From Pseudomonadota bacterium (lineage in GTDB: Bacteria; Pseudomonadota; Alphaproteobacteria; Rhodobacterales; Rhodobacteraceae): a DNA stretch of 14,018 bases. The notes beneath the pieces are model-generated. The model was given only the letters and a program-made list of their open reading frames with translations, was not told the origin of the DNA and did no database searches. This document shows, one piece after another, positions 1-5,594 of the stretch; position 1 is the stretch's first letter, and the number at the start of each line of letters is the position of its first letter. The translations under genes and the position numbers were made by a program. The stretch lies in contig JBCBKN010000082.1 in the NCBI GenBank assembly GCA_038521775.1, forward strand, positions 1 to 14,018, read 5' to 3'.

Positions 1-27
1 GGCAAATCTGCTCCCGCCGCGGCGGGG

Positions 28-471
28 TCAGTCCTTGCGGAAGAACTTCTTTTCGCGCGGTTGTCCGTCCCAGCCGGTTTTCTGACGAGGACGGTCCTCG
101 CCGCCGCCGCCACCGCCGGCCGCACCGTCGCGCCCGCCCCGATCATGCGCCCGCCCATCGCTTGAGCGCCCATCATGTGAGCGGCCATCGCGGCCGCGCG
201 CACCGCCATGGGCCCGCAAACCGCCATCGCCCCGCGGCGGCCGGCCGCTGCTGCCCGCGCCGTGATCCTCGCGCACTTCCCATTTTTTCAGAAGACGGGC
301 GTCGAACCGGTCGCGGCCGATCTGCCCTTCATGGCACCAGATCGTCGAGACGATCGTGCCCGTCGCGGTGCTGGGGTCTGCCGCATCGCCGGTGATTTCC
401 ACCGCTTCCACCGCCATGCGCATGGAACCGGCCGTGAGGACCACAAGATCCCCAACCTCATATTTCGTCAT
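28..471 (-). CDS. DUF2158 (YodC-like) small domain protein with a C-terminal Arg/Gly/Asp-rich low-complexity extension (about 148 aa)
   Basis: ORF 28..636(-) trimmed to the internal ATG at 469-471 (MTKYEVGDLVVLTAGSMRMAVEAV...WCHEGQIGRDRFDARLLKKWE is the DUF2158 signature). AAGG sits about 10 nt upstream and a TTGCAT-N17-TATAGA promoter lies just 5'. The tail GRDGRSHDGRSSDGRAHDRGGRDGAAGGGGGG is encoded by imperfect gcccatc-type nucleotide repeats at 100-240. Stop TGA at 28-30. Confidence 0.6.
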   Translation of the reverse strand: MTKYEVGDLVVLTAGSMRMAVEAVEITGDAADPSTATGTIVSTIWCHEGQIGRDRFDARLLKKWEVREDHGAGSSGRPPRGDGGLRAHGGARGRDGRSHDGRSSDGRAHDRGGRDGAAGGGGGGEDRPRQKTGWDGQPREKKFFRKD

Positions 472-537
472 CCGTAACGTACCTTTCTGTCGCGGCCTGT
501 AACCGCTTTCGGTCCCGGGCTCAGCCCCGGGAGGGTC

Positions 538-566
538 TCTATATGGGGTCGCTTGGGAGGATGCAA
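538..566 (-). promoter_or_regulatory. Putative sigma70-type promoter (minus-strand -35 TTGCAT, 17 bp spacer, -10 TATAGA) for the DUF2158 gene
   Basis: Reverse complement of 561-566 is TTGCAT and of 538-543 is TATAGA, with an exact 17 bp spacer. It lies about 65 nt upstream of the ATG at 471. A GC palindrome (cccgggctcagccccggg, about 505-525) sits in the predicted 5' UTR. Confidence 0.35.
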
Positions 567-577
567 AGGCCAAATGT

Positions 578-611
578 TGCAAAAATGCCCCGCCCAGGGG
601 ACAGGCGGGGC
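578..611 (-). terminator. Rho-independent terminator on the minus strand (8 bp GC stem GCCCCGCC/GGCGGGGC, 9 nt loop, then AUUUUUGC)
   Basis: Plus strand 578-611 is gcaaaaat-gccccgcc-caggggaca-ggcggggc. Read on the minus strand this is a perfect GC hairpin followed by a U-tract. No CDS ends immediately upstream of it. Confidence 0.6.
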
Positions 612-1048
612 AAGTCGAGCGCGCGAGAAGCAACATTACGGGCGCGCGCCGGTCAAGGCCGCTTGGTCAGGGTCTGCACCATATCGGGTGCGCCCGACCA
701 GCGCGGAAGCACGGGAGAGGCTGAACCGGCCCCGGAGCGTTTGTTCACAGCGCCAGGAGGTTGCGCGGGCCCGGTCGGGTGGCAGCGAGAACCGTCTGGG
801 CAATACGCCTGCCCGTCATGACACGGACGGTGACATCCGAACCGCTGTCGTGAACATTGACAGATGTGCGGCCGTCCAGAGCTTTGAGCTTGTGGATATC
901 TAGGCCTCGGATGCAGTCGCCGAGAAATAAAGCGCTGCGGCCTGCTGAAAACTAATTGCGCATGCCACCCTCCTCTTCTTGAGGGGTTGGAGTAAGCGGT
1001 TCGCGCAGGCCGCACAACTTACGAATGCTGAAATATTTGGGGCTGAAA

Positions 1049-1077
1049 CGGCCCCGCCCGCCAATGCGGGCGGAGCC
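1049..1077 (-). terminator. GC hairpin (ccgcccgc / gcgggcgg) just downstream of the SPFH gene stop; weak terminator candidate (no clean U-tract)
   Basis: cggccccgcccgccaatgcgggcggagcc lies 18-45 nt 3' of the minus-strand stop at 1095. On the minus strand the flanking sequence is GUUUCAG rather than a U-run. Confidence 0.3.
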
Positions 1078-1094
1078 TTGTCAGTGCATGCAGC

Positions 1095-2237
1095 TCAGTC
1101 GCGCAGGCGCACCAGGTCGCTGAGCAGCCCGCCGGTCCCGCTATGGACCGTGAGCGTGCCGATCTTGCCGGCCAGGCCTTCGAGCGCCTCAAGCTCCTTG
1201 AGCCGCAGCATCACCGGGTTCTCCTCCATCACCTTGGCGGTGTTGAGGAGCGAGCGGGTCGCGTTGGTCTCCTCGCGCCGGCGGATGACATTGGCCTCGG
1301 CCTCCTTCTGCGCCTCGACCACGCGGGTCAGGATCTCGCGCATCTCGCCGGGCAGGATCACGTCCTTGAGCGCGATCTCGCCCAGCTCGAGCCCGAGCTG
1401 TGCCATCTCGACCCGCACCTTTTCGGCCGCCTCCGCATCGACCGACACCTTGTCGGCCAGAAGCTGGTCGAGCGTGAGCGCGCCCAGCGTCTTGCGGAAC
1501 GCAAATTGCAGCGCCCGGTGCAAGGCTTCCTTGAAGTCATGCACCGCCGTCACAGCCTGCACCGGATCGGTCACCCGGTATTCGGCGGCCAGGTTCACCC
1601 GCAGCGGCACCCGGTCACGGGTCAGGATCTCCTGCCCCGTGACGTCGATCGACCGCCAGCGCAGATCGACAATGCGCAGTTCGACCGTCACCCCGGTCGC
1701 CCAGAAGCGGTGGGTCCCCGGTTCGAGCAGCTGTGCGCTTCCCCCATCGATGGAGAGAAGCCCCGCATGGCCGTCGGGCACCCGATGCTCGGTGAACCAG
1801 TTTTCGGAGGCACCCTTGGACATGCGCTTTGCCAGCGCGGGCGAGATCGCAAGATCGGCCGACACGTCGAAGCGTTCGACCTCCCAGGGCCCAGCATCGC
1901 GCAGGTAAAGCACCTTGGTGTTGGGCTGCATCGCCTGCCAGGGGCGCCCATCGCGCATCACCATCGCCACCTCGCCGGGCCCGGTGCGCACCTCCGTCAC
2001 CAGTATCGCCGCCAGATCGGGACGGTCGCGCATCAACGCATCGGCATTGTCCGACGAAAAGAAGCTGCGATTGAGATTGTGCCATTCCAGGACGACATTG
2101 CTGCGCGGTATCGCATGGGACCCTGGGCCCAAAACGTCGTGAAACTCACCGTAATGCAGCACCAGAACGCGCTGGTTGGGGGTGACCGTGATGCGCTGAA
2201 CATCGCGGATCCAATCGAAAAGATGTGTCAGACCCAT
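1095..2237 (-). CDS. SPFH/band 7 (stomatin/prohibitin/HflK-C superfamily) domain protein, 380 aa, with a roughly 130 aa insertion near the N-terminus and no predicted TM segment
   Basis: The C-terminal two thirds matches the band-7 core: ILTRDRVPLRVNLAAEYRVTDPVQAV...ALQFAFRKTLGALTLDQLL...IALKDVILPGEMREILTRVVEAQKEAEANVIRRREE. The N-terminal RITVTPNQRVLVLHYGEFHDVLGPGSHAIP resembles the first SPFH strand. A GGAGA RBS lies 10-13 nt upstream of the ATG at 2237. Confidence 0.85.
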   Translation of the reverse strand: MGLTHLFDWIRDVQRITVTPNQRVLVLHYGEFHDVLGPGSHAIPRSNVVLEWHNLNRSFFSSDNADALMRDRPDLAAILVTEVRTGPGEVAMVMRDGRPWQAMQPNTKVLYLRDAGPWEVERFDVSADLAISPALAKRMSKGASENWFTEHRVPDGHAGLLSIDGGSAQLLEPGTHRFWATGVTVELRIVDLRWRSIDVTGQEILTRDRVPLRVNLAAEYRVTDPVQAVTAVHDFKEALHRALQFAFRKTLGALTLDQLLADKVSVDAEAAEKVRVEMAQLGLELGEIALKDVILPGEMREILTRVVEAQKEAEANVIRRREETNATRSLLNTAKVMEENPVMLRLKELEALEGLAGKIGTLTVHSGTGGLLSDLVRLRD

Positions 2238-2626
2238 GGCAAAATCTCCTATCTCCGTCGGTCTACCTATCGTCGTCGCAAGACGCTCTCCTCTGGGTGG
2301 GCGCTGTGCCCGGTGCGGCCCCTGCGGGCCGGTGATTTCCCCTGCCGGGGAAGGTGGAAAAGGCCCCGAAGCCGGCGGACCGGACCAAGGGCGGATCGGC
2401 GGCGAGCGGGCAGGGCGTCTGCCAGGCGCGGCGCGGGCGGGTCCGAAGACGCGTCCTTGCCTGGCCGGGCAGGGCCGGTGCCGTCATCCGCGACCGGCCA
2501 CTGGCCTGGGCGCGTGCCTGTGCGCCGCCCCCGCCCGAAGGCCGGTTTGGCGCGCCGGCCCGTGCAGGCCGGCTTCGGAAACCCCATTCTGTCGCCACAT
2601 CCAATCGTGTGGTGCCCTCTGAGGGG

Positions 2627-2700
2627 CGGAGGCAAGGAGAGGAGTCGAACCTCTAACCAGCTGGCTTGCGCCAAATGCTCTACCATTGAGCTACGTTGCC
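2627..2700 (-). tRNA. tRNA-like gene with canonical acceptor, D and T arms but a non-canonical anticodon region; possible pseudo-tRNA or tRNA-like element, anticodon not assignable
   Basis: Minus-strand read: GGCAACG-TA-GCTC-AATGGTA-GAGC-AT-TTGGC-GCAA-GCCAG-CTGGTT-AGAGG-TTCGACT-CCTCT-CCTTGCC-T-CCG. The D arm (GCTC/GAGC), T arm (AGAGG/CCTCT with a TTCGACT loop) and 7 bp acceptor stem (one C-C mismatch) are intact. No register gives a 5 bp stem with a 7 nt loop carrying U33. Instead a 5 bp stem capped by the GNRA tetraloop GCAA forms. Confidence 0.5.
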
Positions 2701-2703
2701 GAA

Positions 2704-2720
2704 CCGTTTTGGAAAAACGG
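2704..2720 (-). promoter_or_regulatory. Perfect hairpin ccgtttt-gga-aaaacgg, 3 nt 5' of the tRNA-like gene and about 190 nt 3' of the sulfatase stop; possible operon terminator or tRNA leader structure
   Basis: 7 bp stem with a 3 nt loop seen directly in the sequence. It contains an internal U-tract but is not followed by a U-run (UUC then the tRNA 5' end). Confidence 0.25.
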
Positions 2721-2907
2721 AGCATCCGCTTGCGCAAGACCCCAGGCATACGGTCCCGGCAGGGCCGGGGCGCACCGGCGGAGTGTGGACCTCCGGCCAT
2801 ATGGGTGACCTGCGAAAGTGCGGAGCGGCGGGGTAACCGCATCGCCCCATTTTCGCCAAACTGTTTCTGCGCCGCGGCTGTGCCGGGCTGGACCTGTTGC
2901 AGATATG

Positions 2908-4449
2908 CTACGCCATGCCGGAGGGGTGCGGAGCCCTGTCGACTGCGGCCATCTCGGCACGCGCCAGCGCCTCCATCAGCTCGGCCCGCATCGCCATGTG
3001 GTCCGGATCGTCCCAAAGATTGCGGAACTCGCCGGGATCGGTTTGCAGATCGTAAAGCTCGCCCCAGCTCAGCCCGTGAAAAAGCGTCAGGCGCCAGCGC
3101 GCCGTGCGCAGGCTGTGCACCCGTGGCGCGCGGCCCAGCGCGGGCATGTCGCGCTGGTTGTCAAACTGGATGAAGGCCGCGTCACGGCCGGTTGCAAGCA
3201 GATCCTGCCCCTGCACGCCGAGGGCTGCTTCGATTCGCGCGCGCTCGAGAATCGTCGGGCCGATATCGTGGGTCTGGCCGATGGCACCGGTCCGGCCCGT
3301 GGTCGGCCGTTCCGGATCCGCCCAGATGAAGGGCACCCGGGTGAGCTGCTCATACTGCTCGGCGCCTTTCAGCAGCAGACGGTGATCGCCCAGATGATCG
3401 CCGTGATCGGAGGTGAAGACCGTCACCGCCTCGGCCGCCTTGGGGGCCGTGCGCACCTGCCCGACCGCATCGTCGATCATGCCGATCATCCCGCAGGTCA
3501 GTGCCCGCGCCTCCTGCGCCTCGCGCGCGCTCACCGCAATCGTGCCCATGCCGCCAAGTGCGGCCTCGCCCGCGGCACGCTGGGCGATCATGCCGGCCAC
3601 ATGCGGCGGCGGCGTCCAGTCATTGACCGAAAACGCCTCGGGCACCGCCATCTCCTCGGGCCGGTAAAGGTCCCAATAGCGCCCGGGCGGGTTGAAGGGA
3701 TGGTGCGGGTCGGGGAGGGAGACCATCAGAAAGAAGGGCTGATCGCCGGTCTGGCCGCGCAGCCAGGCCTCGGCCCGGTCGGCGATATAGCGGGTGACGT
3801 AGAGCTCCTCGGGCAGGGCGGTGCGCACCGCCTGCGGGCAGATATAGTCATGCGGGATCTCGTTTTCGGCCCCCACAAGCTGGTCGGCCAGAGGCTCGCG
3901 CGCCAAAAGCCAGCTGCGGTAATCCCCGCCGCAGAAATCGCCATGGCCGGTGACCAGCTCGACATGGTCAAAGCCATAGAACGGGGTGCCGGGCGCGGCC
4001 TGACCGGGCGCCTCCTGCCGGTAGCCGGCATCATGCCCATGGCGCATCGCCTCGGCCAGATCGCCCGCGGCGCGATGATAGCCAGGGCGCGTCTGCGGCG
4101 GTTGCAGGATGGCCGGCCGGCCGGTGAAGTTCTGCAGATGGCTTTTGCCGATCAGCGCCGTGCGATAGCCCGCATCGCGCAGCAGCTCCACAAAGGTGAC
4201 ATGCCGTGTGTCGAGCGGAATGCCATTGGAGCGCACCCCGTGGCTTGAGGGCAGGCGCGCGGTCATCAGGCTGGCCCGGTTGGGCATGCAGACCGGGCTT
4301 GCCACATAGAACCGGTCCCAGACGGTGCCGGCCGCGGCGATGGTGTCGATATTGGGGGTGCGCAGCACCGGATGCCCCATACAGCCCAGATAATCGGCGC
4401 GATGCTGGTCAGTGATGAAGAGAATGAAACTCGGCCGGCGATCGGTCAC
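2908..4449 (-). CDS. Sulfatase family protein (Cys-type, C-x-P-x-R motif CMPNR), about 513 aa, with no signal peptide
   Basis: ORF 2908..4635(-) trimmed to GTG at 4447-4449, which has a GAGGA RBS 7 nt upstream and overlaps the upstream gene's TGA stop (ctGTGAcc). The N-terminus PSFILFITDQHRADYLGCMGHPVLRTPNIDTIAAAG...ASPVCMPNRASLMTAR...LIGKSHL is the classic sulfatase N-terminal domain with a formylglycine-target motif. Confidence 0.85.
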   Translation of the reverse strand: MTDRRPSFILFITDQHRADYLGCMGHPVLRTPNIDTIAAAGTVWDRFYVASPVCMPNRASLMTARLPSSHGVRSNGIPLDTRHVTFVELLRDAGYRTALIGKSHLQNFTGRPAILQPPQTRPGYHRAAGDLAEAMRHGHDAGYRQEAPGQAAPGTPFYGFDHVELVTGHGDFCGGDYRSWLLAREPLADQLVGAENEIPHDYICPQAVRTALPEELYVTRYIADRAEAWLRGQTGDQPFFLMVSLPDPHHPFNPPGRYWDLYRPEEMAVPEAFSVNDWTPPPHVAGMIAQRAAGEAALGGMGTIAVSAREAQEARALTCGMIGMIDDAVGQVRTAPKAAEAVTVFTSDHGDHLGDHRLLLKGAEQYEQLTRVPFIWADPERPTTGRTGAIGQTHDIGPTILERARIEAALGVQGQDLLATGRDAAFIQFDNQRDMPALGRAPRVHSLRTARWRLTLFHGLSWGELYDLQTDPGEFRNLWDDPDHMAMRAELMEALARAEMAAVDRAPHPSGMA

Positions 4450-4979
4450 AGCAGATCCTCGATGAACAGACCCAGATATTGCGCGCGTCCCGACACGCCG
4501 GCCTTTCGAAAAACGGCATTCGACTGTGCCTTGATGGTGCCTTCGCTGGTTTTGCGCAACTCTGCGATTTCCGAATTGGCAAAGCCCTTGAGCATGAAGA
4601 GCGCCACATCGCGCTCGGACGGTGTCAGCCGCCATTGCGCGAACCGGTCCTGCACCACGCCGTGAAATTCCGAGGAGGCCGCGCGCAGACGGTCGGCCGC
4701 GCGCTTGCGCTGGCGCAGCAGCGTTGCGGTCAGGATGGCGCCCATCGCCATGCCCAGCAAGAGCCCGGTGGTGGCCATGATCTCCAGCGCCTCATGCCAG
4801 CTCCAGCTCACCGGCGCGTCGCGCCAGCCGAAAATCGAGGCGGCGAGGTCATAGACAAAGAACACGCCGCAGAGCGTCTGAAGCGTCGCAACCAGGATCA
4901 CCGCGACCGGGCCGCCCCAGCCGCCCTGCAGGTCGCGCGGTCCGGTGACGGGGGGAGGCTGATGCTGGGGCTCAGTCAT
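4446..4979 (-). CDS. LuxR/GerE-family HTH transcriptional regulator anchored by two N-terminal TM helices (about 177 aa); alternative start 3 codons upstream at 4988
   Basis: C-terminus LTPSERDVALFMLKGFANSEIAELRKTSEGTIKAQSNAVFRKAGVSGRAQYL is a GerE-type HTH. N-terminus has two hydrophobic helices (PVAVILVATLQTLCGVFFVYDL and IMATTGLLLGMAMGAILTATLL) flanking a short Trp-rich loop. The ORF-track N-terminal extension (MSNRALAHPKRTT...TRIQTRIQ...) is an out-of-frame read of the upstream gene's repeat tract and is rejected. The start ATG overlaps the upstream gene's end (ATGACTGA). Confidence 0.75.
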   Translation of the reverse strand: MTEPQHQPPPVTGPRDLQGGWGGPVAVILVATLQTLCGVFFVYDLAASIFGWRDAPVSWSWHEALEIMATTGLLLGMAMGAILTATLLRQRKRAADRLRAASSEFHGVVQDRFAQWRLTPSERDVALFMLKGFANSEIAELRKTSEGTIKAQSNAVFRKAGVSGRAQYLGLFIEDLL

Positions 4980-5526
4980 CGCCGCCATCTGAATCTGAGC
5001 CCGAATCCGAATCCGAGCCCGAGTCGCTGTCGGAATCCGAGTCGCTGTCAGTGCCCGAATCGCTGTCAGTGTCGGACCCGCTGTCTGTATCCGTGTCTGT
5101 ATCCGTGTCTGAGTCAGTGTCCGGGCCGTCCGCATCGTCCCGATCTGCGTCGTCCCTGTCGTCTGTGTCGTCCCGGTCTGTGTCGTCCCCATCATCCCTG
5201 TCGGCCGGGTCTCTGGAGCGATCCTCAAAATCCTCGGGATCGCGGCCGGGCTGGAACGGGCTGAAATCGCGGTTGTTCTCTTGGGATGTGCCAGCGCTCG
5301 GTTGGACAAGATCGCGCAGCACTTCTCCGGTGCGGGGGTTGATGATCAATTCACGCCGGTATCCATCGCGGGTCGCCTCGATCTGCACCCGGCCGAGCCA
5401 GGTGCGCTCGACCTCCACAATCTCATAGCCCTGCTCTTCAAGGAATGTGATCGCCGCCGCGGTGGCATCGGCCCGCGACGGTTCGGCCGCAAAAAGCAGC
5501 AGCATGATCAGCAGGGCACGGTGCAT
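4972..5526 (-). CDS. Secreted PepSY-like domain protein with a roughly 85 aa Asp/Ser/Thr-rich acidic repeat tail ending ...SDSDGGDD (184 aa)
   Basis: Sec-type signal peptide MHRALLIMLLLFAAEPSRA. The PepSY-like core ITFLEEQGYEIVEVERTWLGRVQIEATRDGYRRELIINPRTGEVLRDLV follows. The tail runs DRDDGDDTDRDDTDDRDD...DTDSDTDTDTDTDSGSDTDSDSGTDSDSDSDSDSGSDSDSGSDSDGGDD. A GGGGAG RBS lies 6 nt upstream of the ATG at 5524-5526. Confidence 0.75.
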   Translation of the reverse strand: MHRALLIMLLLFAAEPSRADATAAAITFLEEQGYEIVEVERTWLGRVQIEATRDGYRRELIINPRTGEVLRDLVQPSAGTSQENNRDFSPFQPGRDPEDFEDRSRDPADRDDGDDTDRDDTDDRDDADRDDADGPDTDSDTDTDTDTDSGSDTDSDSGTDSDSDSDSDSGSDSDSGSDSDGGDD

Positions 5527-5549
5527 TCAGGCTCCCCGGCTAAAGCTGT

Positions 5550-5579
5550 GGGTCCCACCCGGCGGCGCAGATGGGACCC
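5550..5579 (-). promoter_or_regulatory. Intercistronic hairpin (8 bp stem gggtccca/tgggaccc, 14 nt loop) between the DRDD-repeat gene and the PepSY-like gene; possible partial terminator or attenuator
   Basis: Seen directly in the 68 bp spacer between the stop at 5595 and the start at 5526. It is followed on the minus strand by ACAGCUUUAGCC (weak U content) and precedes the GGGGAG RBS. Confidence 0.3.
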
Positions 5580-5594
5580 GATCCCGCGATGGGC

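Noticed and set aside
952-980. Perfect AGGAGG Shine-Dalgarno 5 nt upstream of an ATG on the minus strand
   Set aside because: The ATG is followed by a stop after three codons (M-R-N-stop). The SD lies inside the 3' arm of a GA-rich hairpin (ccctc...gaggg). It is most likely coincidental, although a regulatory mini-ORF cannot be excluded.
653-1015. 120 aa minus-strand ORF, and the 116/92 aa plus-strand ORFs at 543..903, in the spacer upstream of the DUF2158 gene
   Set aside because: GC3 is about 55-70% against about 85-90% in genuine genes. Composition is Arg/Pro/Gln-rich. There is a GTG start with no RBS. The region is better explained as non-coding RNA (see the orphan terminator finding).
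2236-2622. 128 aa plus-strand ORF starting exactly at the SPFH start codon position
   Set aside because: Its first about 15 codons have AT-rich third positions and the rest is Gly/Arg/Pro/Ala junk. No RBS. It overlaps the structured non-coding spacer.
2627-2700. Calling the tRNA-like gene a specific isotype (Gly/Ala/Cys were tried)
   Set aside because: No register of the 22 nt between the D and T arms gives a canonical anticodon stem-loop with U33. Naming an anticodon would be invention.
1143-3173. 676 aa plus-strand ORF spanning the SPFH gene antisense, the non-coding spacer and the tRNA-like gene
   Set aside because: It crosses a tRNA-like gene and a non-coding spacer. It is Arg/Pro/Gly-rich with low complexity. 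Its stop-free length is explained by GC content alone.
2818-4248. 476 aa plus-strand ORF antisense to the sulfatase. Similar antisense ORFs lie at 6119..7585 (main body), 11188..11868 and 11992..13335.
   Set aside because: All are antisense to genes with clear family signatures and are themselves compositionally junk (Arg/Gly/His/Pro-rich). Only the last 49 codons of 6119..7585 were kept as a speculative small ORF because they have their own RBS.
4980-5309. N-terminal 110 aa extension of the LuxR ORF (TRIQTRIQ, TTQTGTTQT repeats)
   Set aside because: It is an alternative-frame read of the microsatellite tract that encodes the PepSY-like protein's acidic tail in another frame. Two overlapping 300 nt same-strand genes are implausible. 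The internal ATG fits a coupled start.
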